From Podospora anserina (lineage: Eukaryota), in NCBI GenBank assembly GCA_017654855.1, contig CM030336.1, positions 3,100,001-3,164,000 on the forward strand: a stretch of DNA of 64,000 nucleotides, read 5' to 3'. The notes under the pieces were generated by a model. That model did not search any database, had not been told where the DNA came from, and was given only the letters and a program-made list of their open reading frames with translations. The translations under genes and the position numbers were made by a program. This document shows, piece after piece, positions 33,376 through 44,626 of this stretch (position 1 is the stretch's first letter; each line of letters starts with the position of its first letter).

Positions 33376-35730
33376 TCACCAAGGAAAAGGCACCAACAAC
33401 CGGCCACCCACCCCCTCCTCCAACCAAACCCCAAACCTCCAAAGCTCCCCCTGAAACCTCACCCACTCATTCGGAATAGCCGTCTCCGGCTTCTCCCCCC
33501 TCTCAAAAAACACCTCCCTCAACTCCCGCTCCGCCTCCCCCACCCCACAAATCCAAACCTGGTATATCCCCCACGCTTCCCTCGCCCTAGCTTCATCTTC
33601 GCTGCTGTAAACAAACTTGCTCCCCATCGCGGCAGCCCTAACAATAGTCAGCACAGCCCACTGTGCATACGGCCTGATGAGCGCCTCTAACCGGTTAAAC
33701 AGGATGTGGACTTTTTCGCTGGCGTAACGGCGGTTTTCGAAGGGGGCGAGGGTGGACTCGGCGATGGAAGTGGTTTGCCGGACTTGGTCGAGGGAGTAGG
33801 AGAGGTAGTGGAGTGTGTAGTAGATGAAGACTATGTGTTGGGAGGGGGGCATCACGTCCGGGTTGGTGAGGGAGGTGTGGAGGGCGGAGGAGAGGGAAAA
33901 GTTGGATTGGGCTTGGTAGGTGAGGTAGTCGAGGAGGGTGAGGCGTTGGAGGGAGGTGAAGGGGCTGGGGGTGGGGGGCTGGCGGGAGGGGGTGGTGATG
34001 GGAGGATTGGGGAAGGGGGCGATTGTGACGGGGAGGTTTGGGATTGTTGGGGCTAAAGAAGGGGGACTGGTTATGACAGGGGCGGTGAAGGTGTGTTCGG
34101 CGACGGGAGGAGGAGGAACTGGTTTGGAGCGGCTTGGGATGAAGGGGTCTGGTCTTCGGGTTGGGAAGGCACCCAAGGGTGAGCGAGACTCGGGTGCAGT
34201 GGTTGGGAAAGGGTTTGGGGGTGCTATCGGGGTCGCGATTACAAAGGGTGATGGGGTTGTGACGGGTGGCGGTATGATGTCTGCCAAGGGCGTGACCGGT
34301 TGGGGAGTTGTTACAGGTATGGGGGTGTTGACGGATGTCGCGGTTACGGTGGGCTCAGGAGCTATTACGGCTGTAGAGGTTACTACTGTTGTAGAGTTCA
34401 TGATAGGTGTCGCTGTTACGGAAGACGATGAGGTTGTGACGGTTAGCGGTATATTATCCGGCGCGGAGGTGACGGGTTCAAGAGCAATCACCGGTGTAGG
34501 TGCTATGATGGGTGTCACGGTTACGACGGGCCCGGGTATGATGCTTTTCAAGGATGCGACGGGTTCAGGGGATAATACAGGTGATGGGGGTCTGACGGAT
34601 GTTGGTGTTCTGCGAGGTGGTGGTACGATCCGTGGCATCAAAAGGCTTTTCAGGGACTCAACGAGGGTGGAAGCTTTGACGGGTTTCGAGGTTATGGCAG
34701 ACTTTGAGACTTCGTCAGATGTCGGCGCTAGAACCTCAGGACCAACAGAGAATCCCGATTCTACATTTACTCGTGCCTTTTCCCCCTCCAGTGCCTCCCG
34801 ATTCGTTTCTTCCCAATCTTGAAAAGCATATAGCGGTTGGTCAGGGCACAGCTTATAGAGCTCTCTTGGGTAGTGTAGTCGACTCTGGGTAGGTGTTGAT
34901 AGGAGCCAGTTCTTGAGAACTGGTCGAAACACGGCAGGCCTGGCTTTGATAGCCTTATGGACCCCCGGGAATTGGCTTATGAACTCGAGGATATGCTCCT
35001 GGTTTCTGGCGCACACTTCGCTGGAAACTGGAACCCCATTCCGTGGGCGTCGCTCGCCACGACCCCCGACCAAAATAGAATAGACTTTCTTTTCACCCTT
35101 CCTTCCTGTGACCTCCGCAATGAGATCCTCAAGAAATCCGTCGATAAAGGGCTTTGAGGTTGCTGGAACAGGAGGGTCAGGGGGCTGGGCTGGAGCATCA
35201 GCATCGACAGGCCTGGTGTTGCAATCCGTAACTATCGTACTCGGCCTCTTGAGGTAGCTCAGTTGCGCGTCAGCCATCAGCCTGTCCCTCCTGCGGTTAT
35301 TCAGAAGGATTTCGTTGAGGCTGCAATCTCTGCATCCATATCGCCTGCCGAGGTCTTCTGACACATAGACAGAAGGGATGGTTGTCCATTGCCTTTTAGC
35401 ATCTGCTTTCGCCCTCTCATTAACGCGTTCGTGTTGCTTGTACTTGCTACAGCCAGGGCATGGGCAAGTGTAACGTTTTTTGATCTCGGCGAGAAAGTTG
35501 TTGATCATTTTTTGTAGTTTATCCTCTTCCGCCTTTTCCCAAACACCCTGTGCTTTCATCCACACACATCGTTGACAGATCGCACTGGGCTTGTTAGAAC
35601 CCTCGGGCGTCGCGCCTTTGCCTGAGTTCAACCGCTCAACGTCGAATCTCCTGTCCCAGTTATGATCAGGGGGCGGTGATAGGGGGCTAACCTCTTTACT
35701 CTGAGCTTCCTCGTCGTCTTTTAGAGGCAT
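33376..35730 (-). CDS. Hypothetical protein, Pro/Thr-rich central region, Cys motifs at N-terminus
   Basis: 784-aa open frame with CQRC, CPCPGC and CRDC motifs, a degenerate PVTxTP repeat region and a helical C-terminus. Confidence 0.7.
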   Translation of the reverse strand: MPLKDDEEAQSKEVSPLSPPPDHNWDRRFDVERLNSGKGATPEGSNKPSAICQRCVWMKAQGVWEKAEEDKLQKMINNFLAEIKKRYTCPCPGCSKYKQHERVNERAKADAKRQWTTIPSVYVSEDLGRRYGCRDCSLNEILLNNRRRDRLMADAQLSYLKRPSTIVTDCNTRPVDADAPAQPPDPPVPATSKPFIDGFLEDLIAEVTGRKGEKKVYSILVGGRGERRPRNGVPVSSEVCARNQEHILEFISQFPGVHKAIKARPAVFRPVLKNWLLSTPTQSRLHYPRELYKLCPDQPLYAFQDWEETNREALEGEKARVNVESGFSVGPEVLAPTSDEVSKSAITSKPVKASTLVESLKSLLMPRIVPPPRRTPTSVRPPSPVLSPEPVASLKSIIPGPVVTVTPIIAPTPVIALEPVTSAPDNIPLTVTTSSSSVTATPIMNSTTVVTSTAVIAPEPTVTATSVNTPIPVTTPQPVTPLADIIPPPVTTPSPFVIATPIAPPNPFPTTAPESRSPLGAFPTRRPDPFIPSRSKPVPPPPVAEHTFTAPVITSPPSLAPTIPNLPVTIAPFPNPPITTPSRQPPTPSPFTSLQRLTLLDYLTYQAQSNFSLSSALHTSLTNPDVMPPSQHIVFIYYTLHYLSYSLDQVRQTTSIAESTLAPFENRRYASEKVHILFNRLEALIRPYAQWAVLTIVRAAAMGSKFVYSSEDEARAREAWGIYQVWICGVGEAERELREVFFERGEKPETAIPNEWVRFQGELWRFGVWLEEGVGGRLLVPFPW

Positions 35731-36272
35731 CTTGAACGGTTTCCGTTCCGAGTTTTAATCGTTTGGCTGTCGGTTGGGGAGTTGTGAAAAGGAGCCAGTC
35801 AATAGCCCTGTATTATCTGTTTAATTGTTTTGTTGTCAGTAGGTGGTGTGTGGGGAGAGACTCGTCTTACCTGAGCCGGTTTCCCAAAAATGATGAAGAT
35901 AGAAAATCGATTTGACGGGAAACAAGAGTCTCAGGCCGGCACGTGGAGGATGGCCCTGCCACTTATAGCGGCCGTTAGTGAAGTGGCGTGAATACAATGC
36001 CATGGTTCCTCTTTATCCACACGGTGGGTTGTTCGTGTTGAAATGTTTGAGCAATCTATTTTTGTGACATGCTTCTTTGTTGAGGACCCGGGCTGGCGGC
36101 CCTGATCCTAAAAGTAGTTCTTCGAGGCCCAACACTTGACTGGTCGAACAAAAGACAATGCGATTGTATTTCCCTTTCATGACTTGACCTCCTGACCTCT
36201 TTGACAAGTCGAACAGCCCAGTGACGTAGATCACAAATTCGAGTCCCTTCCTGCTGACCAAAAGTTGGCAAC

Positions 36273-37647
36273 CTACAAGGCCATAATATCCCGATGCCTC
36301 TCCGCAAACTTTCCAACAGCTTCCACAAAACCTTCCAGCTCCTTTTCCTCTGTCTCCAAAATCAGTGCAACAAACCCCCTTCTCGTTGTCCAATACCCTG
36401 CCTCCAACATCTCGAACCAAAACAAGTCCCTCAAATCCCTCCTTTCCTTCCCTTGAATGTCTTCCCCACATGTAAACACCTCGACAGCTTCATCCACAAA
36501 GTGAACCCCAATCAACGACCCCCTTCCGCTAAACATGATCTTGGTCCCCTTTGTAACCTGCTTCAACCTCTCCCTGAGCCCATCCCCCCGCTCATTCAAT
36601 TCCACACAAGCCTCCTCGGTGAAAACTCTCTTCAAAGCCTCATACCCAACGCTCGTGACTAGAGTGTTGTTGTTAAACGTCCCCGAGTGCGCCAGCGACC
36701 CTTCCACTCGGGGGTCATACACAGCCATGACCTCCTCTCTCCCACCAAACGCGCCAAAAGCCAGCCCACCCCCAAGATATTTGCCCATTGTAACCAAATC
36801 AGGCTTCAGTCCTAGCTCAAATCCCAAGCCGTGAGGCGCAAGGCGGGAAGTCATCACCTCATCGAGGATAAACAACGCTCCGACCTCGTGTGCGGCGTCC
36901 TGGATGGCATGGAGAAATTCCTTGCTGCCGGGGATACATCCACCCGCGCCTTGCATGGGTTCCACCAGCACAGCGGCGAGATCGGGTGTGGATCTGATGG
37001 TGTCTACTGCGAGGCCGATGTCATTATACCGGGCAACAACCACAAAGTCGTCCTTATCCACGGTGTTGGGTGCTGCTTTGCCGTTGGGGAAGCTAAATAC
37101 CGCGCCGTGGTAGCCGCCAGAGAAGACAATGACTTTTCTTCGCGAGGTGTAGTGCCGCGCGCCAGCGAGAGCGTGCATATTAGCTTCTGTGCCCGTGTTG
37201 GCCATGCGGACGCGCTTCAGTTTGAAGCGTGAGCAAAGGAGGGAAGCGTGTTTGTGTTCCTGGACGGTGGTTGAGCCAAGTGAAAGACCGACGTTGTCAA
37301 AGGTGGAGAGCATAGTTTCGCGGATGATGGGGTTGGTGTGTCCGTAGAGACCTGCCGTCAGTTCACCGACGAGGTCGAGGTATCTGTCGCAGTGTTAGCA
37401 AAGCGACAAGAAAGAATTTAGGCTAGGGGGCTTACTTGTGGCCATCCTCATCCCAGACATGAGCGCCCTTACCCTGCTTCATTGTCAGGGGGAATGGGGA
37501 TGTGTGCAGTAGGGTTCGTGTGTTTCCACCTGGGAGGGCACCGATGGCGAGCTCGTGCTGCTTCTTGGAAAGGGGGTTGTTGGCGATGAACCTCGCCTCA
37601 GCGGCTTCCAGCGCTGCCTTGGCCGATTCATGCGATACCGAACTCAT
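36273..37647 (-). CDS. Class III PLP aminotransferase (GSA-aminomutase-like / beta-amino acid transaminase-like)
   Basis: LPGGNTRTLLHTSPFP, YLDLVGELTAGLYGH, NTGTEAN, GGYHG, LVEPMQGAGG, ILDEVMTSR, PDLVTMGKYLGGG (PLP Lys) and HSGTFNNN; one intron ~37436-37385. Confidence 0.9.
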
Positions 37648-37801
37648 GATGGCTTGGTATAATCTGACGGTCAAATGATGTTTGCTTTGATCAAAAGGTC
37701 ACCACGGAGGACATTCCGCTTTGTTGGGAGATACCCCTCTTTGATCGGCTCATGATAGGGGCATTTCCGGCCCACTTGCCGATTGAACCCGGCCAAGACT
37801 G

Positions 37802-39559
37802 TTAGTGTTCGGCCCGAGATCGCATGTGAGGCCAGCCGAGAGACGACAAGACTGGTGTGACGGTGATGACTATGGTGTCTCCTAATTGACGGTGGTGATT
37901 CCCTGCAAGAACCGAGGCAGATATAGTCAAATGTCCCTTATTGCCATACCGAACTTGGTCCATTGCCAGGCTTGGAGGATCATTTCCAGCTAACCAGGAC
38001 CGAAACGTGATGCCAAGTGTAGACAATCTGTAAGGGTTGACAAGGTCGCCTCGCGTGTAGCCCGAATCCAGACCTTCTATAGTATCATCCTCTTTACGAT
38101 GTTGGAGTACAATCGCCCAGGGGCAAAGTGTGTCAGTGCCTTCGGCAGCCCGCGAATCTACTCTCCGAAGTCCACAAACGACATAACATGTCGCCTCCCA
38201 GGTTGAATCGCCTATGGGTGCCGACATCGTGATCTCGACTACACCAACAAATCTAGGGCTTGATGAGACTAAGAAGCACTCGCGCCTGATGTCCCAGAGG
38301 TGCTCTGGATAATAACTGTGGCTGACTGAGAAGCCATGTGAATACGCCTCGATGCACTCCCATTGGATTTTTATAGTCGGGTACAAGAGATCCGAATGAG
38401 AGAGATAGAGTGAGTTCGCTTCGATCACCTCAGCCGGCGTTAAAGAGGTGGCAATGCGGACCAGGGACGGTTTACCGAACCTCATCTGTGACTGAGGCGT
38501 CAGTGACAGCCAAGAGGGCTGATATCTGACGTAGGATGACTTGATCTTCCGCAGCCAGATTGTGAAAACGGGAGGATCTCCATCTTTGTCGTCGACAGGG
38601 CCACTTGTACAGTGCAGGTATAACCGGTGACCAGTTTCACCGTATGAGGAGTCGAGTGCTGTATGGAACTCAAGACCAGTGTTGGTGATAATCCACGACG
38701 GCGTTGGTATAACGGGATCAAGCCAGTGTTTGATATCAGAAGCCCCCGCGAACCAAGAGGGGTGTCTCGCCAATATACCGGAGTGTCTGAGTCCGAATTC
38801 AGTTTTGCTATGTTGCCAGGCAAATAAAGACATGTCGTTTGTCTTCTGAGCTATATGTTCCTGGAGACGGAGGAAGGCCTTTTCTCTTTCGCCGTATATC
38901 AGCGGCATGTGGATACCGAAGATGCCCAGGAGACAATATGCCATGTCTTCTATTCGTGTCGTGTTTCGTTTAGCTGCCCACGACATTTTCTGAGCGACGG
39001 GTACTTGGTTCAGCTTATCTGAAGATCGGAGAATAGTAATGTCGATGCTCGTGATGCGATGGAGGATGTTCAGAAGTTGCACCTTTGAACCACACTGGGT
39101 CCAGTTGCAATCGTGAAATATGATGTCCCTCGGCGCGACCAGCTCTTGCAAGGTCCAGCCCCGGGTAAACCATCGGCATGCTTGAAGGTCAGCTTTGGTG
39201 GGTGTGAGTTGGCCATCAGTGAGCGCAAAATCCTCGAGGTAAACAGCGCATAGTGCTGCTTTCTGGTACCAGTGGAACATGGAATTGATCGACTCGGTCA
39301 GCTCGGCGCTGCTGGTCTTGTCGATGCAGCATGTATCAACCCAAGCGTGGGAGTGTCCGTATTCAAGCGTGAGCTCGCACATTCCTTTTATTTTCTCAAA
39401 GCCCTTCTTGTGAACGGCAATGTCGAACGAGTTCTGCATGTCCTGAAAAGTGACTTCATCATCACCCCAGGTGTGTGAGAGGATGCAGTAGGGAATCGCA
39501 TTTGGCCCGTCGATGTCGTTCTGCTCGAGTTGATAGTTTTGGCAATTAATGAGCCACAT
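37802..39559 (-). CDS. HET-domain protein (HET-E/D-type N-terminal HET domain, no NACHT/WD)
   Basis: MWLIN..PYCILSHTWGDDEVTF, WVDTCCIDKTSSAELTESINSMFHWY, WFTRGWTLQELVAP, MSWAAKRNTTRIEDMAYCLLGIF, EKAFLRLQ and DMSLFAW; intact 585-aa ORF. Confidence 0.92.
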   Translation of the reverse strand: MWLINCQNYQLEQNDIDGPNAIPYCILSHTWGDDEVTFQDMQNSFDIAVHKKGFEKIKGMCELTLEYGHSHAWVDTCCIDKTSSAELTESINSMFHWYQKAALCAVYLEDFALTDGQLTPTKADLQACRWFTRGWTLQELVAPRDIIFHDCNWTQCGSKVQLLNILHRITSIDITILRSSDKLNQVPVAQKMSWAAKRNTTRIEDMAYCLLGIFGIHMPLIYGEREKAFLRLQEHIAQKTNDMSLFAWQHSKTEFGLRHSGILARHPSWFAGASDIKHWLDPVIPTPSWIITNTGLEFHTALDSSYGETGHRLYLHCTSGPVDDKDGDPPVFTIWLRKIKSSYVRYQPSWLSLTPQSQMRFGKPSLVRIATSLTPAEVIEANSLYLSHSDLLYPTIKIQWECIEAYSHGFSVSHSYYPEHLWDIRRECFLVSSSPRFVGVVEITMSAPIGDSTWEATCYVVCGLRRVDSRAAEGTDTLCPWAIVLQHRKEDDTIEGLDSGYTRGDLVNPYRLSTLGITFRSWLAGNDPPSLAMDQVRYGNKGHLTISASVLAGNHHRQLGDTIVITVTPVLSSLGWPHMRSRAEH

Positions 39560-39888
39560 GGCCAGAATCAGCGTCGATCAAGGACAGCAAACAATCGATA
39601 GGTTTCGCGACAGTGTAGGGTAGAATTGTGACTTGGAGGCTCAACATGGCGGGATATTGCGCAGAGTGGGGTTGCTGGAGGCGGTTCATTGGCATCAGCA
39701 CAGCCACCAAAGGCCAGCCAACCACAGCCAGCGAGGCCAAGTCCTTTTTGTTTCGGTTATTTTATGACTCCAGACACGTTATGAAATCCTAGTTCTCCTT
39801 TATAAATACAGCTCAAAGACAATAAGAAGGCAATACAGACCCACATTACAAAACCCCTTTGCCTCTCCAAAACTGAAAACAAGCACAA

Positions 39889-41544
39889 TCACCCCCACCA
39901 CCCCAACCAACCCCTCCCACTCTCCCCCTTTCCCCCCTCCTCCCCCCTACCCGGTAAATCCGCCCACCTACTCCAATCCCCCTCCACAACCTTCCACCCC
40001 CCATCCTTCGTATCCCCCCTCGCAATCCCCCCCCCACACCACCAAAACTCCCTCCAAACCCCATCATTCCACCTATCCCCAAAATACAACACCGCCCAGT
40101 CATGATCACAAACCTCATACTCACCCCAATACCTAGCCCCCAGACGAGCATCCCACCCCATCAAAAAAGCAGGCCTGGCATCCCTTGTGTACTCCCCTTT
40201 TTCCATCTTTCCCCCCGCCGGGGCGAACCAAGACTGTGGGAAGTTCCCCTTCATGTGACCGTGTTTTTCCTGAAAAGACCCCAGATTCTGCCAGACGTGA
40301 ACGACGATTTCCTGGGCGGCGGGCAGGGATGGGTCTGTAGGCCAGGTGTACACCGCTGCTCGGTAGCGTGTTTGGCAGAGATGGCAGACTTGGGGGCGGT
40401 AGACGCTTGTTTCAGGTTGGAGGGGGGTGTTGGGTTTGGGGTTGGTGCCCGGAGGAGGGGAGGATGATGATTTTGATCTAAGTGGGGGGCGCCAGCAGCG
40501 CATTTCGTTGTTGTAGAAGATGTTGAGGCTTTCTTCGAGGATGTCGCGGGGTTGGCCCCCGTTGTAGGGGGCTTGGTTGAGGAGGGGGTTGGTTGTTTCA
40601 GGGCGGTAGGAGGGTTGGTGGCGGCAGGTTTGGAAGCCGAGGTAGTGGCGGGTGGGGGGCTGGTTGGAACTACTGTCGTCTGGGGTGGTGTCGGGGCTGG
40701 TTGGTTTGGGGTTGGGGATGAAGGCTTCGGGGGGGAGGTAGACGCGTTGGGTGGAGTAAGTTAGGTGGTTGGGGTGTTTGAAGGAGGAATAGATGCTGTT
40801 GGTGCTGCTTGGGAGCTCGACGAGGGCGCAAGAGAGGGAGGCTTTGACGAAGACATGTCTGTACGGTGAGTCTGGGGAGGAGTTGCTGAGAGGATGGGGC
40901 TGCCAGTCTGAGTCAAAAGACAGGGAGGGGAGGTGGTAGGCTGTTTTGGTGGCTGGGAGAGTGATGGTTTTTGAACTGGTTGATCGGATCGGCCAGGCGA
41001 GAAAAACCTGGAATTGTTGTGTCCCCAAAGCTTTGGATGTGCGGAGGCTGGAGATCGGTCTATCTGGGTCGTTAAGGGCGTGGTAGCAATCGTCAAAGGT
41101 GAGTTTGCCGATGTTCCAATAGTTGGGACCCAGCGCCATCCAGGGGCAGGCTGTTTTGTAGAGGGAAGGTTGGGGAAGAAGCCGATGGAAGACGCGGCAA
41201 TATGTGCAGACTGTGTGGGTTGTTTTGAGGTCTTTTTGAAGTAGTTGGAGAAACTTCCATCTGTTGACGTTATTACAAGCCTGAGGAATGATGCCAAGGT
41301 CCTCATTGATAGGTTTGCAGTCCCAATCGTGAGTTTCATGTCGTGTTTCGGACGCGGTTGTTGACCATTCTGATGATGGATAGCCGAGGGATAGCTTATA
41401 AAGGTGAGTAGAGGCAAGGCTGAATGAAGCGGCCGAAACCACATCCAGGTGACCACCAATCTGGAGCAATGTCTCATTGGGAAGACACAGCAAGCTCCCA
41501 GTGTATGTCATCTGCGGCTGTTGCATTCTTGGACATGAAGTCAT
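39889..41544 (-). CDS. F-box-like domain protein
   Basis: SLLCLPNETLLQIGGHLDVVSAASFSLASTHLY; FLQLLQKDL...CTYCRVFH; C.HC.T and WQNLG motifs. Confidence 0.75.
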   Translation of the reverse strand: MTSCPRMQQPQMTYTGSLLCLPNETLLQIGGHLDVVSAASFSLASTHLYKLSLGYPSSEWSTTASETRHETHDWDCKPINEDLGIIPQACNNVNRWKFLQLLQKDLKTTHTVCTYCRVFHRLLPQPSLYKTACPWMALGPNYWNIGKLTFDDCYHALNDPDRPISSLRTSKALGTQQFQVFLAWPIRSTSSKTITLPATKTAYHLPSLSFDSDWQPHPLSNSSPDSPYRHVFVKASLSCALVELPSSTNSIYSSFKHPNHLTYSTQRVYLPPEAFIPNPKPTSPDTTPDDSSSNQPPTRHYLGFQTCRHQPSYRPETTNPLLNQAPYNGGQPRDILEESLNIFYNNEMRCWRPPLRSKSSSSPPPGTNPKPNTPLQPETSVYRPQVCHLCQTRYRAAVYTWPTDPSLPAAQEIVVHVWQNLGSFQEKHGHMKGNFPQSWFAPAGGKMEKGEYTRDARPAFLMGWDARLGARYWGEYEVCDHDWAVLYFGDRWNDGVWREFWWCGGGIARGDTKDGGWKVVEGDWSRWADLPGRGEEGGKGESGRGWLGWWG

Positions 41545-44164
41545 GGCAAAGAAGGGTGGCTTGGAACGACGTCTTGAAATGCGAAGGTAATGATATGGTA
41601 GGACTCCAGTCTTGATGCAGACACCTTCTTATAGATTCAAGCATACGCGTCAATGGGGAGGCTGGAGAACGTAATCTAGCTCGCAAAGCATTCCCATTCA
41701 AGCTAAGCTGTCATCTCTATTTGCCTTGGCGACTTTCAGGGGTCTGTGGTGGAGCAGACATTCTTAAAATGTATACGCTGTGGTTGACTTAAGCCTGTGC
41801 ATCATGAATGTCAATAAACAAAAAGAGTAATCCCTACCGGCTTGTGGAAAAGCCATCGGGAAAGCCACCTTCCGGATCTCATTTCGTATTGCGCTGTCCT
41901 CAAACCTTCAAATCACGTTAAGGCCCTTGACCCATAACGTGTGAAACGGTTGCTCCCAGAGCACTTGCCTTTATGAGCACTTCCAGGAGGTTTGCTGAAC
42001 AGAAAGGAGCTGTTACACCTGACTGGACACCTCACCTGACCGGACCATCTGGCACTCGAGCATCCCCCACTGGCACTGGCAAGGCTCCAGGTACCTCGAT
42101 GGCCAGGCCTTTGTTGGATAATTCTCTTCCACTCTATCCTATCACCCTTGTCTTTGGTCGTGTTGTGGACTCTGCGACTTTTTAGTCCCTGATTACGCCC
42201 TCGGCTTTGGCTGTGTGCCCACTCGAAGCAGTCCATTCTCATCAACCCAATAATCCTTTAATGGCGTCTTCATTTTCGGGATCAATCTCTTCCTCCTTTT
42301 CCTACTCATCCGCAACAACATCCTCATCGGGCGTTTGTAAACGCTGCTTCTTGGCTGGTCTTGTTGGCTCGCAGGCGATGTTTTGCTCGGCCGAGGGAGT
42401 GTCTTGCGTTTGCACGCGAGATCTCTTGGTCCTTCTTCGGGGCTCAGGGGCGGTTTGCAGGGGCTCGGGGGCGTTGTCAAGGGGCGCAGGGCGGCGTCTT
42501 GTCGACCGTCTTGGGACCTCATCAACTGCGGCAAAAATGAGAACACCAAAACCAAAGAACCAAGAGAAACAATGGCCATCACCTACACTTTGCTGTCTGT
42601 CTGGCAGGTAACTCGAAGGCTGTCTCTTGCTCCAAATCTTGGTCTTGTCGGAGGTCGGGGATTAGTGTTGGACGGGCGGCTGCCGAGGAGGCATGCCAGA
42701 GTCCAAAAAAGTTGCAGTTGTCATCCAAAATACATGTCACCACTGAGCATCAACGCAGAAAAAAAATGAGGAGGTTCATCGAGATGATGTGGATTGTATT
42801 GTATTGTCTCTAAACAGAAGTGCAACACCTCTGACGAAGGCAGTGTGTAGTACATCAGACTTGTCATGATCAACAGGCAGAGTCCAGAATGTAGAATAGG
42901 AGTGTAAAGGGGCGCAAAATTCCAAAATCTGACTGAAGGAGGGTAGAAAAAGGATACATACCTTGGTGTCAGAGGCTGCGCTCGAGAGACCCGCGACGAG
43001 GGTACCAGAACGTTGGCCATAATACCACACGGAGAATCCACTCGAACTGTACGACCCGCTTGCCTGATCTCCCTTCGGATGAAAGTATGATGGACAGCCT
43101 TACACCGCTGTATTTTTAAAAGTATAGAACGAGCTTCATACAACCGTGTGGTATAGGGGCGGAAAAAAAGAAAAAGAAAAAAGGAGAATGCAAGAACGGA
43201 AGGATTTATATGCCAGTACCACTCCACTTATTACATGCGTCCAACACAGGACATAGAAAAGGGAAGAAGATATGGGTATTGGATGTGCTCCCATAGCGGG
43301 GAATTTATAGGATACCTGGAGCATGACTTTGAACTTGGGAAGGTGTGACATGAAGACGGTGTGGCTTGGGAAGGAGCGATGTCAAAGACAGCGGAAGAGC
43401 ATTAATGTCCACCTCATGGACAACTAAAAGAAACGAGCACTGGCTCGTCCCGCTCTGGCACAAGCTGGAATGGAGCATGGGAAGTGAGTTGATCTGAGCT
43501 GAGTCGGCCCTGGTCTTGACTTGATGGTATCATCTGACATGAATACAGCTTCCGACTTTGCACATGAGTTCAATGTTTAGGACATAGTTGCAAATAAAAC
43601 ATTAATTTACTCCAGGTATATTAGATATTAAAAACTCCCTCGAATAAAGTTGAGATATCCTTCCCCGCGCATTTAGGAATAAAGGAAAGGACACAGGGAC
43701 TGGTACAATCTCATGCCAAGCAGGAAGGAAAGTAAAAGTGTAATGTAGGTACACAGTATACCGTAACAACGAGCTTTCCCCCGTGCGGCTGTGACGTTCC
43801 CGCTTGCGACGTGGTGGCAATGAGAGAAACCTGCTTTTGCAACCTCGTGTTCGTTCGTAATGGAATTGTAGAGTATCTCTCGTTTTTGCATCTCCATGTC
43901 GATAAGATGAGGAAGTCGATGAAATGATCCGAGGGCTGACGGGGTTTTATCCATAGCAAACACAGCATCCGGTCCTTGCCCTAAGACGATGTGATTGAGT
44001 GGGCGGCGACATCATGGTTTGCCATGGAAGACCTGCTAAGAGATGGTAAACACTAACTAGGAGATAGAGAACATGTACGGAGCCCTCTATTTTTTTTACC
44101 ACCGTCTCCTTCCATACATCCATACCTATTTGTTTGGCCTCTCTATAATATAATTAAAAGCTCC

Positions 44165-44420
44165 TAAACTAGCTTTTAAGGCCTTTAAACTATCTTTCAA
44201 GACTTTTTAACTATCCCTTAATGCCTTCCAACTATCTTTTAAGGCATTTTAACTATCTTTCGAGACCCTTGAATTATCTTTATGACCTTTAAATTATCTT
44301 TTAAGGCCTTCTACTTTTCTTTTAACGCTTTTCGATAATTTTTTAGGCCTCTGAATTATGTTGTGGTCTTCGAAATGTTTTTAAGCCCTCTAAAATATAT
44401 TATTTCAAGGTCTTTTAACT
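44165..44420. repeat. AT-rich minisatellite, ~12 degenerate ~21-bp units (consensus ~AACTATCTTTTAAGGCCTTTT)
   Basis: Visible units aactagcttttaaggccttta, aactatctttcaagacttttt, aactatcttttaaggcatttt and aattatcttttaaggccttct. Confidence 0.9.
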
Positions 44421-44626
44421 TTCAGCAAAATTGTTACGTTTCAACGGTCGAGCTCACTTGGTCTTGGTCTTTGCGCTTCAGCACCTGCTCAATTTTACAA
44501 CCCCAACATCTAACGATTAGACAGAACAAGGACGATCCATAGAAAAAAACAAAAACAAAAAAACAAAACCAAATCCCCAACGCCCAAACTCCAATGAAAA
44601 GCTAACATACAAATGATGCAGAAATC

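Noticed and set aside
33938-34822. 294-aa Gly/Val-rich plus-strand ORF
   Set aside because: Antisense reading of the Pro/Thr-rich region of the 33376-35730 gene.
36273-37647. Assigning the gene symbol hemL
   Set aside because: Fungi use ALA synthase; the family resemblance does not establish GSA aminomutase function.
44165-44420. CRISPR-like array interpretation of the 21-bp repeats (also 60635-60930)
   Set aside because: Units are contiguous and degenerate with no unique spacers; eukaryotic context; no cas genes.
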